A stretch of 25,245 nt of DNA from a virus (IMGVR_UViG_3300016472_000123:1-25245), one strand, 5' to 3'. Counted from the stretch's first letter, positions 7,916-17,336 are shown. Translations and numbers: made by a program. Notes: generated by a model not told the origin, from the sequence alone.

Positions 7916-9781
7916 ATGCCAACTGATTTATCCCCTAATCCCAAGCTGCAATTCTTCTCATCAAGCGGGGAGTTGCTGGTAGGCGGCAAACTATACACCT
8001 ATCAAGCTGGTACAACCACACCGCTAGCGACCTACACCGATTCGACGGGTACGACAGCTAACACTAACCCAATTATCTTAGACGTCCGTGGCGAAGCGAA
8101 TGTTTGGTTAGGTACGTCAGCGTACAAATTTGTTCTTAAGGACAGCAACGACGTATCAATCTGGACGGTCGATAACATTACGTCTGCCCAAGGTCTAGCT
8201 AACGCGGTGCAGACAAATCTTACAAACTACATCAATAGCGTTGCAGCGTCTTCAGGGTCTTCTTTAGTTGGTTTTTTACAATCAGGCGCGAACGCTGTAG
8301 CTCGTACAGTGCAAAGCAAAAATAGAGAAATTGTTAATGTCAAAGATTTTGGTGCAGTTGGAGATGGTGTAACTAATGACACTGCTGCCATTCAATCGGC
8401 TATTAATCAAGTATCAACTCGTGGTGGTGGCGAAGTTGTGTTTGATATGGGTAAATATTTAATTACCTCACGTTTAACCGCTAACACTGGTGTTTTACTT
8501 AACGGTGTAGTACGGACAGACATATCAGCCAACACTAACGGTAGCGGTACAACTGCGGCAAAACCAATCATTATTTGGGGTGGTATTGCTAACGAAACAA
8601 TGTACTGTATTAAACCCGCAACTGTAGGTGACTGCGTTTGGGGTGGAGGTGCAGTGAATATTGAATGGGACGGCGCAACCTTGGCCGCGTGTGCTGTTTG
8701 GCTTGACAACACAAAATACGCCACATTCAACGGAAAAGTTCGTAACGTTCAGTACGCGGGTGTTCTTGTCAATTCTACGTCAGGTTCAGTATCTAATTTT
8801 TCTATGAAAAATAATATTGAATCGTTAGAGTTTATATGGGGTGTAGCCGCTGCTTGTCGACCAGCAAATGGTTTGGTTTTAGATGGGAACGGCGCAATAG
8901 GTACTGTACCATCGACGCAGCAATTTATTGGAAATATAGCTGGGCTTGTTTACGATGGCGCGTTAGTAAGTATTGCTGCTACAGATAACGCTCAATTTCA
9001 ATCGGTTCATGGTGTTGTGCAGGCGGGCGGCTCAGGTTGCTCGATGAAAATTTTAAATGTTGGCGCGCAACCTTCTAATCATACGCTTATCAACTATTGT
9101 GTTGGCCCCATCAAACAAGATAACGGTGTGATTGGCACCATGCTTCTTGATTACAACAGCGAAGGCGGCGGTATTACTCAATTAGCTGGGTCATCTACGT
9201 GGGACGGCGACCTAATAGATTACGTCACTGGAGATCGCTATCTATCCCATAAATGGGCGCTTCGTGACAAAATCAGCGTAAAAGCGGGTGATTTTGTTGC
9301 TGATTCAGGGATGACTATTGTTGCTTTTGGTTTGCAATGGAATGGCCCAGCCTATAGCGCTTCCGCAGATCAAAAAGCAAGTTGTATCATACCTTCGCCT
9401 TATTGGTTAAACAACGGAAGTATTCAAAGTATTGAAGTTTTAGTTGGGTCTAACGGAACAAGTGCTGGAAACTACGTCATTACGGTAAGTTTATCGACAG
9501 GTACTTCTTCAGCTATTGTTGTAACACCCGAAAAAACTGAGACTCAAACGTTAGCTGCTGGCGCTCAATACACCCCAACAACCTACACGTTTACTTTTGG
9601 CGGCTCCCCCTTAAGTTTTACTAAATACGATAATATTTTCTTACAAATTACGCGGTTAGGTTCAAATGCGTCTGATACAAACACAGACCCTATGATCTTA
9701 TTGGGTGCGCGTATCATGTATGTTGGCACAGGTCCAAACTCAGTAGGATCAGGAACTTACTACATTCCTGCATGGAATTAA
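7916..9781 (+). CDS. Tailspike/depolymerase with N-terminal virion-binding domain and pectate-lyase-like beta-helix
   Basis: Start ATG 7916 behind TAAGGA; GGKLYTY.AGTTTP.ATYTD..NTNPIILD anchor; ARTVQSK..VNVKDFGAVGDGVTNDTAAIQ neck motif. Confidence 0.85.
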   Translation: MPTDLSPNPKLQFFSSSGELLVGGKLYTYQAGTTTPLATYTDSTGTTANTNPIILDVRGEANVWLGTSAYKFVLKDSNDVSIWTVDNITSAQGLANAVQTNLTNYINSVAASSGSSLVGFLQSGANAVARTVQSKNREIVNVKDFGAVGDGVTNDTAAIQSAINQVSTRGGGEVVFDMGKYLITSRLTANTGVLLNGVVRTDISANTNGSGTTAAKPIIIWGGIANETMYCIKPATVGDCVWGGGAVNIEWDGATLAACAVWLDNTKYATFNGKVRNVQYAGVLVNSTSGSVSNFSMKNNIESLEFIWGVAAACRPANGLVLDGNGAIGTVPSTQQFIGNIAGLVYDGALVSIAATDNAQFQSVHGVVQAGGSGCSMKILNVGAQPSNHTLINYCVGPIKQDNGVIGTMLLDYNSEGGGITQLAGSSTWDGDLIDYVTGDRYLSHKWALRDKISVKAGDFVADSGMTIVAFGLQWNGPAYSASADQKASCIIPSPYWLNNGSIQSIEVLVGSNGTSAGNYVITVSLSTGTSSAIVVTPEKTETQTLAAGAQYTPTTYTFTFGGSPLSFTKYDNIFLQITRLGSNASDTNTDPMILLGARIMYVGTGPNSVGSGTYYIPAWN

Positions 9782-9800
9782 ACATATAGGAGTTTAAAAA

Positions 9801-10136
9801 ATGACTGTTACCGCAAAAGTCTTGGCCCAAGGTCAAATCATTCCTAACACGGACACAACCGTGTATACATCACCCACGTCAGTAACTACAATTATTGACA
9901 AGGCAACCGCTGCCAATTATGGCAACGTAGCTCGCATCATTACGATCAGTATTGTGCCTGCCGGAGGTGTGGTAGGCGATGCGTACTACATTGCTAAGCG
10001 TACGCTTGCTGCCAAAGAAACGTACATTTTTCCTGAAGTTGTGGGACAAATTATGTCGGCTGGTGACTATGTATCTGCGATTGCCGATAGCAACACTGGC
10101 GTTAATTTTCGTCTAAGCGGGCGCGAGATCACATGA
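9801..10136 (+). CDS. Hypothetical, probably structural beta-rich protein (111 aa)
   Basis: Strong SD AGGAG; in tail operon; ATGA overlap with the next gene. Confidence 0.7.
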   Translation: MTVTAKVLAQGQIIPNTDTTVYTSPTSVTTIIDKATAANYGNVARIITISIVPAGGVVGDAYYIAKRTLAAKETYIFPEVVGQIMSAGDYVSAIADSNTGVNFRLSGREIT

Positions 10137-10474
10137 TCCATCACCATTTTGGTGCAGGTGTTTACGTCAAAGAAACTCGTATGCCCGCAGGATATGTGTT
10201 TGTGCAGCATAAACATAAATTTGACCATTTTTCTATATTGGCAAGTGGGTCGGTTGAACTTATGATTGATGGCATTCGTTCTGAAGTACATGCGCCTGCT
10301 TGTTTAACTATTCAAGCCAACAAACACCACGGTATAAAGTCATTGACCGATGTTGTTTGGTACTGCATCCATGCAACTGATTGTATGGATGAAGATAAGA
10401 TTGATAGTGTATTGATCACGCTTGGCAACGAATCCGAAGCGCAGCACATGGCCCAATGCCTAAAGGAGAATTAA
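10133..10474 (+). CDS. Cupin-fold (RmlC-like) protein
   Basis: MPAG..VQHKHKFDH.S.L.SG.V and a downstream I.ANKHH.I match the two cupin metal-binding motifs. Confidence 0.7.
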   Translation: MIHHHFGAGVYVKETRMPAGYVFVQHKHKFDHFSILASGSVELMIDGIRSEVHAPACLTIQANKHHGIKSLTDVVWYCIHATDCMDEDKIDSVLITLGNESEAQHMAQCLKEN

Positions 10475-10475
10475 C

Positions 10476-11180
10476 ATGCCTTGGATGATCGCCGCTGCCG
10501 TTGTCGGCAGTTCTTTAATAGGTTCTAGCGCCTCAAGAAGCGCTGCTAGCACGCAAGCTGACGCGGCTAACCGCGCCGCAGACTTGCAGATGCAGCAGTT
10601 TGAGCGCCAGGTTGAACTGCAAGAGCCGTGGCGGCAAGCGGGTATTACGGCACTGAATAAACTGATTCCGCTGTCAACCGAATACACGCCGTTTGGTATG
10701 CAACAGTTCCAGCAAGACCCAGGCTATGCGTTCCGTATGCAAGAAGGCATGAAAGCTTTAGAGCGATCAGCCGCTGCGCGAGGTGGCTTGTTGTCAGGGG
10801 GGATGTTAAAAGGCGCACAACGGTACGGTCAAGATCTAGCGTCGCAAGAATACATGAACGCGTTTAACCGCTATCAGGCTGAACGCAACGCACAGCTAAA
10901 CCCATTGCAATCCTTAGCTGGCGTAGGCCAGACAGCGACCAACCAACTAGGCCAAGCAGGGCAGACGATGGCCGGCAACGTCGGTCAGGCGCTGGGCGCA
11001 GCAGCTCAGGCAAGAGCGTCGGGGTATATAGGAGGTGCGAACGCGTTATCACAAGGTCTTGGAATGTATTTGAACTACCAGCAAGACCAAAATTATCTAA
11101 ACGCAAGATACCCGCAACAAGCTACCGCTGCTGCGCCTATCTATCCAGGTGGATATTATTCGCAAGGATATAAGGATTAA
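10476..11180 (+). CDS. DNA ejection/transfer protein, P22 gp7-like
   Basis: Hydrophobic Ala/Gly/Ser N-terminus; Gln/Ala-rich; QDPGY.FR..EG..ALERSAAARGGLLSG motif; SD AAGGAG. Confidence 0.75.
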   Translation: MPWMIAAAVVGSSLIGSSASRSAASTQADAANRAADLQMQQFERQVELQEPWRQAGITALNKLIPLSTEYTPFGMQQFQQDPGYAFRMQEGMKALERSAAARGGLLSGGMLKGAQRYGQDLASQEYMNAFNRYQAERNAQLNPLQSLAGVGQTATNQLGQAGQTMAGNVGQALGAAAQARASGYIGGANALSQGLGMYLNYQQDQNYLNARYPQQATAAAPIYPGGYYSQGYKD

Positions 11181-11182
11181 TC

Positions 11183-12577
11183 ATGGCTCTCGTTGATCCA
11201 AACATCGCGTTGTCATACAAGGGCGTCCAGCTTCAAGACCCGCTTGACCAGTACAGCAAGGCATCTGCGGCGCAACTAAACGCGCTTAAGATGGAAGACC
11301 TAATGCAAGAGCGCGAAGCGCTAAATCAAATTCGATCGGCCATTACAGCTAAAGGTGGACCGCCAGACTTAGAAGCAGCCGCGCAAGCTATGGTTAGCAC
11401 GGGCAGACCTCAATTTGTACAGTCTGGTATGGCGATACTTGAGAAACTAAGAAATCAAAAAGAATATGAACGGTATTTACGCGACGAAAACGCACCACTA
11501 GCGGCTGCGCCTGCTCCGGCTCCTGCTCCTGCCAATGCTTTAATCCCCACAGCCGCCGAATCGCCGCCTGCTAACGCGATGGTAGCCCCGACTAGCGCAG
11601 CGGCGCCAGCAGTAAGCCCAGAATCGCAAAAGCTAATGAGCAATATTCGTAGGGTTAGTCAATTAGGTGAAGCGGGTAAACCTGAATTAGCAATTCTTAA
11701 AATACGACTTGAAAATCAGTTGCGTGCTGAGTTGCCGCCTGAGACTATTCGCACAATGAAAACACTTGGGTACCCAATTACACCAGAAGGGTACCAAGCG
11801 TTCCAGAGCGCCCAACGACCGCCCCAACAACCGCGTAACCCTATTGCAGTGCTTCAAAACGGTAGGCCAACTTTAGTTGACCCTGCGGACGCTATAGGAA
11901 AAATACCCGTTACCGCGGCTGCTCTTAGAGTAGAAGGTTTAATGCCAGGGAAAGAAGCCCCTGCGCCAAGCGTCACGCAAATCCAAGACCCAACCGATCC
12001 TACGCAAATGATTACCATCAACGCAAGGGATTACAAAGGTGGTGGCATAGGTTCGCCTGGCGTGATTGGTCTAGCAGGCAAGACGCCTGCTGCAACGGCT
12101 GCGGCGACTAAGAAAGAAGAAGGTAAACAACAAGCTAGCGATATTCTTGATACGTTAGAGACAGCCTATACGGAATTAGACAGACGTAAAGCAGTACCAA
12201 GCGAGCGTCGCAGTGCAGGCTCTAACATATTAGCTTATGTCGCTGGCACAGGTGCTGGTCAGATAGCGGGACGTGTTGTTGGTACTGAAGCGCAAACACA
12301 GCGCGACATTATTCAAAGTTCAAGAAATCAGTTGCTTAACGCGGTCAAAAATGCTACAGGTATGTCCGCGCAGCAACTTAACTCTAACGTGGAATTCCGT
12401 TCTTGGCTTGAAGCGTTGTCTGACCCCACGCGTTCAATTGAAGCTAACCGAGCTATTCTGGAAAATATGCGAAAGTTCATTGCTAACAACGCTAAGAAAG
12501 CCGAAGCGCCCGCGTCTAAACCGTCGCCTGCACCAGCACCTGGCGGCGCAAAAGCTGACCCATTAGGTATCCGATAA
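11183..12577 (+). CDS. Putative ejection protein (P22 gp20 position)
   Basis: 464 aa, helical, Ala/Gln/Pro-rich; second of three co-oriented genes; SD AAGGA. Confidence 0.6.
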   Translation: MALVDPNIALSYKGVQLQDPLDQYSKASAAQLNALKMEDLMQEREALNQIRSAITAKGGPPDLEAAAQAMVSTGRPQFVQSGMAILEKLRNQKEYERYLRDENAPLAAAPAPAPAPANALIPTAAESPPANAMVAPTSAAAPAVSPESQKLMSNIRRVSQLGEAGKPELAILKIRLENQLRAELPPETIRTMKTLGYPITPEGYQAFQSAQRPPQQPRNPIAVLQNGRPTLVDPADAIGKIPVTAAALRVEGLMPGKEAPAPSVTQIQDPTDPTQMITINARDYKGGGIGSPGVIGLAGKTPAATAAATKKEEGKQQASDILDTLETAYTELDRRKAVPSERRSAGSNILAYVAGTGAGQIAGRVVGTEAQTQRDIIQSSRNQLLNAVKNATGMSAQQLNSNVEFRSWLEALSDPTRSIEANRAILENMRKFIANNAKKAEAPASKPSPAPAPGGAKADPLGIR

Positions 12578-14748
12578 TGGCTACGATCGCTGAAATTCGC
12601 GCTAAGTACCCACAATACTCGGATATGTCTGACGCGGCGCTTGCAGACGCGCTGTACAAAAAATTCTATTCAGACATGCCTCGCGCAGATTTTGACGCTA
12701 AAGTCGGGCTACAAGCGGCGCCTGCACCTGCACCTGCACCTGCACCCGAGCCGCGCAGCGAAGGGATGCCCACGGCGCCTCGTCAAGAGTTGACCGCAGG
12801 GCAGCGTATGTACCAAAGTATTAGACCTTACGTAGCACCTACGATTGAGGCGCTAGGATCAGCAGGCGGTGCCTTGTTAGGGGCGCCGCTTGGACCCCCC
12901 GGTGTTGTAGGTGGTGCCGGTTTAGGTTATGGGCTTGCTAAAGAGGCGCTTGAGTTAGGCGACGTCTATCTAGGCGGTAAAGAGCCACGCCAAGGCCCAG
13001 CTATTGCAACAGAGCCTGTTAAAAACGTCCTTGAAGGTGCAACCTATGAAGCAGGCGGGCGCGTCGTTGCGCCGCTACTTGGTAAAACGCTGGGTAAAGT
13101 TGTAGATTTTAAAAACTTACCGCAAAACAAAGCGGCGTCTATAGCTCGCGCGTCATTAGGTGCTGACTTAGAACAGACTTTAGAAATATTGCGTAACGCG
13201 CCGCCTAACGCTAGTGTGGCTGAAGTAACGGCTAAGATTCAAAACCCAACTTGGCAAGCGCTTGTTAAAAATTCGTTAGAGCAAAGCCAATCAGGTGCTC
13301 AGTACCTAAACAAGTTCGCCACGATGAGCCACGACGAAGGCGTCAACGCGCTAGCGAAACTGGCGGGCGGCGCAACGGCTACGGACGTGCGCGCTACAAC
13401 GGACCTTATGAAACAGACGCTGCGCGACATCACATCGCCAGCTCGTCAAGCAGCGTTGAACCGCGCTAACCTTGGTCAGCAAGTCGCACAATATGAGGCT
13501 GAGGCCGGTAAGTTAAGCGCTGAGGCGGCAGCGAAGGTGCAAGAGGTGCGCCGATTGATTGACCTTGGCGATCATGCGGCAGCAGCAGCGCGGTTGCAAG
13601 AGATCAAAGCGGGCGTACCGGCAGGGTCACGTTTTGCGCCTGCTAAGGTGCAGCCAGGCTACTCAAACACTTGGGCCGCGACGTTTACTTACCCCGGCAA
13701 GCTAGCGCAAATGTCTGACGAATGGGCGTCGAGGGCGGCAGAGGCGTCGCTTGATCTAGGTCAAGGCGCTAGGTTTGCTCAGTCTGCGGCAGACAGCCTA
13801 CGGGCGGCAGGCATTAAGCCGCTCAAAGGCGATGAGATCGTAGGCCAGATTCGCGGCGTATTGAACAACCCTGAGTTTGCAGGCAACGATCTGCTTAGTG
13901 GCGCGGCTAAGAACGTCGCTAACGACATCGCTCAGTGGACTAAGAGCGGCGGTATTATTGACGCCAGAGCGTTAGATGCGATCCGTAAGAACTCTATTAA
14001 CGCTACGGTGCAACAACTGCGCCCTGGCGTAGACGCTACAACGCAGCGCAACTTGGCGGCTAAGGTAACGGCTGAGTTAAAGCCCACACTCATTAACGCC
14101 ATCGAAGCGGCAGGTGGTAAGGGTTATCGTGAGTACCTTGATGAGTTTTCCAGAGGTATGCAAAAGATCGCCGAAACCAAGCTGACCGGCGAAGCTGCTA
14201 GGCTATGGAAGACGGACAAAGATGCGTTTGTGCGTTTGGTGCAAAACGAAGCGCCTGACGTCGTTGAAAAGTTTCTTGGCCCAAGTAACTACAACATCGC
14301 CACGGAACTGAGCGAGAACACTATATCAACGCTACAGTCGTTGGCGTCAAAGCGCGCCAATCAATTAGCATCTAGCAAACAAGCGTCTGACGGCCAGAAA
14401 GCACTAGCAACCTTACTAGAGGAAAACACATCGAAGTTTCGCCTACCTTCACTGCTAAACTTTTGGGCGACTGTGACAAATAAGACGCTTGCTGAATTGC
14501 AGACTGCGATAGGTAGCAAGAGCATGAAAATCCTTGCCGATGCTATGCAGTCGCCCCAAGGCGCAAAGAACCTGTTAGAAAAGTTGCCCGCGCAAGAGCG
14601 CAATAATGTGTTGAAGATCATTAGCAACCCATCAGCCTTTAAAAACAAAGCCGCGCAACGTGCTGCGGAGTTTATGAGAAGTGGAGCAACAACGACGTCT
14701 ATTAATGCGCTAGCATCTGAACCGAGCGAAAATGCGCTGGTCGATTAA
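12577..14748 (+). CDS. Putative large ejection protein (P22 gp16 position)
   Basis: 723 aa, Ala-rich helical; Gly-rich hydrophobic stretch GSAGGALLGAPLGPPGVVGGAGLG; TAATG coupling. Confidence 0.6.
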   Translation: MATIAEIRAKYPQYSDMSDAALADALYKKFYSDMPRADFDAKVGLQAAPAPAPAPAPEPRSEGMPTAPRQELTAGQRMYQSIRPYVAPTIEALGSAGGALLGAPLGPPGVVGGAGLGYGLAKEALELGDVYLGGKEPRQGPAIATEPVKNVLEGATYEAGGRVVAPLLGKTLGKVVDFKNLPQNKAASIARASLGADLEQTLEILRNAPPNASVAEVTAKIQNPTWQALVKNSLEQSQSGAQYLNKFATMSHDEGVNALAKLAGGATATDVRATTDLMKQTLRDITSPARQAALNRANLGQQVAQYEAEAGKLSAEAAAKVQEVRRLIDLGDHAAAAARLQEIKAGVPAGSRFAPAKVQPGYSNTWAATFTYPGKLAQMSDEWASRAAEASLDLGQGARFAQSAADSLRAAGIKPLKGDEIVGQIRGVLNNPEFAGNDLLSGAAKNVANDIAQWTKSGGIIDARALDAIRKNSINATVQQLRPGVDATTQRNLAAKVTAELKPTLINAIEAAGGKGYREYLDEFSRGMQKIAETKLTGEAARLWKTDKDAFVRLVQNEAPDVVEKFLGPSNYNIATELSENTISTLQSLASKRANQLASSKQASDGQKALATLLEENTSKFRLPSLLNFWATVTNKTLAELQTAIGSKSMKILADAMQSPQGAKNLLEKLPAQERNNVLKIISNPSAFKNKAAQRAAEFMRSGATTTSINALASEPSENALVD
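12721..12744 (+). repeat. (CCTGCA)x4 in-frame microsatellite encoding a Pro-Ala linker
   Basis: Four perfect 6-bp units. Confidence 0.85.
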
Positions 14749-14763
14749 TAGGTAAGGAACATC

Positions 14764-14982
14764 ATGGAGCACGATGTGGATACGCGTTTGACTGTCCATG
14801 AGGCAGTTTGTGCAGAGCGGTACAAGTCGATTGAACAGTCGTTCACACGCGTCGAAGAACGTTTCGACGATGGCTCGGCTAAGATGAAGCGCTTAGAGTA
14901 CCTCATGTACGCCGTCATGGTCGCTGTGCTCCTTGGGCCTGGTGCTGCTGCAATTTTTTTTAAGAAGCTGTTAGGTGTTTAA
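14764..14982 (+). CDS. Small coiled-coil protein with one C-terminal TM helix; putative holin/antiholin
   Basis: SD TAAGGA; hydrophobic YLMYAVMVAVLLGPGAAAIFF then KK; overlaps endolysin start. Confidence 0.55.
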   Translation: MEHDVDTRLTVHEAVCAERYKSIEQSFTRVEERFDDGSAKMKRLEYLMYAVMVAVLLGPGAAAIFFKKLLGV

Positions 14983-15355
14983 GTTAGGTAAAAGGTCTAT
15001 CGAGCGTCTGCAAGGCGTTCATCCTGATCTCGTGCGCGTCGTTGAGCGCGCGATTGATCTGACAACGGTAGACTTCACGGTCCTTGAGGGCTTGCGCTCG
15101 CCCGAGCGTCAACAGACTTTAGTAGCATCAGGCGCAAGTCAGACGCTTAACAGCCGCCACATCACAGGCCACGCCGTTGATCTTGGTGCATGGGTAGACA
15201 ATCAAGTTGATTGGTCTTGGCCTTTGTACCATAAAATTGCCAACGCCATGAAAGCCGCAGCGAATGCGTTAGGCGTCGCTATCGTGTGGGGCGGGGATTG
15301 GAAGACGTTTAAAGACGGCCCGCATTTTGAACTAGACCGAAAGTATTACCCGTAA
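14975..15355 (+). CDS. Endolysin, M15 family Zn peptidase (L-Ala-D-Glu peptidase-like)
   Basis: EGLRS.ERQ, SRHITGHAVD, WGGDW..F.DGPHFEL motifs; GTG start. Confidence 0.88.
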   Translation: MFKLGKRSIERLQGVHPDLVRVVERAIDLTTVDFTVLEGLRSPERQQTLVASGASQTLNSRHITGHAVDLGAWVDNQVDWSWPLYHKIANAMKAAANALGVAIVWGGDWKTFKDGPHFELDRKYYP

Positions 15356-15720
15356 TGGATCCGCTAACAATCCTTGCAGCGTTTGGCCCTCTGGCTGTTG
15401 ATTTTGGTAAGTCCTTGATCGGTCGGTTTATACAGACCGACGGGTATAAGCCTACTAACATCACTGAGTACGTGCGGATGCGCGAACTTGATTTAAACAT
15501 GTTCAAGGCCATGAATGACGCAGGCGGCGCTAACCCATCCTATCCGTGGGTCGAGGCGATCGTGCGGCTCATGCGACCAGGCGTTGCGCTTATTGTGTTG
15601 ATGACTTGGGCAACACTAAAACTGAACGATCAATCATCCGAATCAGTTGATAACTTTGCAGCAGCGGTAGGGTTTTATTTGTTTGGTGACCGTACGCTCT
15701 TCTACGCCAAGAAGCGCTAA
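15355..15720 (+). CDS. Putative holin
   Basis: Hydrophobic segments; RP.VALIVL and GFYLFGDRT with basic tail resemble GTA-type 3TM holins; TAATG coupling to endolysin. Confidence 0.6.
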   Translation: MDPLTILAAFGPLAVDFGKSLIGRFIQTDGYKPTNITEYVRMRELDLNMFKAMNDAGGANPSYPWVEAIVRLMRPGVALIVLMTWATLKLNDQSSESVDNFAAAVGFYLFGDRTLFYAKKR

Positions 15721-15902
15721 AGCGCCCGTGCTTCTTTGAGCAGCTCAACACGCTCTCTTGCTGTACGCAGCGCGGTGTAACGTTGGTGCAGGCGCTCTAA
15801 AATAGACACGCGGCGCTGCCCTGCGCGTTCGCTATCGAGCAACGCCAGCACTTCAGCTTCCGTCAACAACGCCAGTTCTTTGTTTAGCTTTCGCCAATTC
15901 AT
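15717..15902 (-). CDS. Hypothetical helical protein (61 aa, MNWRKLNKEL...)
   Basis: ATG at 15902 inside the upstream ORF; last gene of the leftward operon; stop overlaps holin stop. Confidence 0.65.
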   Translation of the reverse strand: MNWRKLNKELALLTEAEVLALLDSERAGQRRVSILERLHQRYTALRTARERVELLKEARAL

Positions 15903-16044
15903 CTGCAATTTTCTTCTCCAGTTCATCAATCTCTTTACCAATCCGCAGCAACGCACGTTCAGCCCGGTTATAAACCTTGGCATACTGCTGCTCTTCAATT
16001 TTTGCAGCCTTTAATTTAGCCTGCCACAAACCTATACGCGTCAT
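15853..16044 (-). CDS. Hypothetical coiled-coil protein (63 aa)
   Basis: ATGA overlap with helicase stop; heptad-like Lys/Glu/Ala pattern. Confidence 0.6.
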   Translation of the reverse strand: MTRIGLWQAKLKAAKIEEQQYAKVYNRAERALLRIGKEIDELEKKIADELAKAKQRTGVVDGS

Positions 16045-17336
16045 TTTAACGCCTCCAATGCAATATTGCTAAGATTTCTTTTATCGTGTAGCGCCGTCCA
16101 GATGCGCTCGTCGATGGCGTCCTTCGTCATAAGGACGTAAACCCACACGTCGCGCTGCTGGCCGGATCGATGCAATCGTCCAACGGTCTGTTCGTACAAC
16201 TCAAGTGACCACGGCAGGGACAAAAAGACCATGTGGCAACCTCCGAACTGCAAGTTAAGGCCGTGACCAGCGGATTTTGGATGCACCGCCATAAGCGAAA
16301 TGTTGCCAGCGTTCCATCGTCCAATGGCGTCAGGGTCGTCCAAAACGGCAAGATGTTTGTATCGTCGTTTGAGTTCATTCAATTCCTCAATGTATTGGTA
16401 GACAATAATCGTGTTAGCCCGTTGGTTTTCCTGCAACAGCTCATCCAACGCGTCGAACTTATGTGAGCTAAACCAAACCGTTGACGGCGCGTACACAAAA
16501 CCGGATGACATCTGTTGCAACTTCTGCGTGACCACCGCAGCGTTTTGTGCAATCGCTTGCGCGTTGTCAAACAACACCACAAAGTCACGCTTCATCGTGT
16601 CGTACGGCTCACGATTGATCAACTCAACCGGCACATGAACCGTGTGCAACGCAGGCAACGTGTCCGTGTACTGGCCCGGATTTAACAAGAACGTCGCCGG
16701 TTGAATGCGCTTCATCACGCGTTCCAATGCGCCGGGCAGCGGCGTCCAATCGTCAAACCCAGCGTAAGTATTAAGACTAAAGTATTGCTGCATGAACGCG
16801 CCTTTGCTGCGGCCTAACAATTGTTGGTCAATAATCTTGCACTGGCCGAACACATCCTCAAGACCGTTGCTCGTGAAGCTGCCGGTCAACCCCCAACGGA
16901 TCTTAAATTGGTCAATAATTTTATGAAGCGCTTTAAAACGTGCGCCTGATGGGTTCTTTAACTTAGTCAGCTCATCAAACACAACCCCATCAAACCCATC
17001 TAATGACCGCGCAGCAAGCCATTGCAGGTTGTCGTAGTTGGTCACCACGACCTGCGCGTCCGACTGCACCGCTGCCAGCCGCTGGGCCGGCGTGCCGATG
17101 GACAGGGCGACCGTCATGCCGGGCGCCCAGATGGGCGCCTCCACGGGCCACACAGCGGTCACCACGCGCTTAGGCGCGACGACCAGCCACCGACGTACCT
17201 GCCCGGCCGCCAGCGCGGCCTGCATGGCCGTCAGCGCGGTCGCGGTTTTGCCGGCTCCGACCGGCGCCAGCACCATGCTGCGCGGCGTCGCGCGCAGGAA
17301 CTGGGCGGCGTCTACTTGATATTGTCTAAGAGCCAT
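16041..17336 (-). CDS. SNF2-like superfamily 2 helicase
   Basis: LRQYQ, APVGAGKT (Walker A), VVFDELT (Walker B), GLTGS, SAGHGLNLQ, QTVGRLHRSGQ. Confidence 0.92.
   Translation of the reverse strand: MALRQYQVDAAQFLRATPRSMVLAPVGAGKTATALTAMQAALAAGQVRRWLVVAPKRVVTAVWPVEAPIWAPGMTVALSIGTPAQRLAAVQSDAQVVVTNYDNLQWLAARSLDGFDGVVFDELTKLKNPSGARFKALHKIIDQFKIRWGLTGSFTSNGLEDVFGQCKIIDQQLLGRSKGAFMQQYFSLNTYAGFDDWTPLPGALERVMKRIQPATFLLNPGQYTDTLPALHTVHVPVELINREPYDTMKRDFVVLFDNAQAIAQNAAVVTQKLQQMSSGFVYAPSTVWFSSHKFDALDELLQENQRANTIIVYQYIEELNELKRRYKHLAVLDDPDAIGRWNAGNISLMAVHPKSAGHGLNLQFGGCHMVFLSLPWSLELYEQTVGRLHRSGQQRDVWVYVLMTKDAIDERIWTALHDKRNLSNIALEALK

Noticed and set aside
14954-14977. T8 slippage fusing the TM protein to the endolysin
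   Set aside because: Both shifted frames hit stops (TAA at 14961, TAG at 14972) before the endolysin start
300-15720. Apparent abundance of CTAG and TA-rich codons in the late arm
   Set aside because: Impression only; it needs k-mer counts and may simply follow the GC difference
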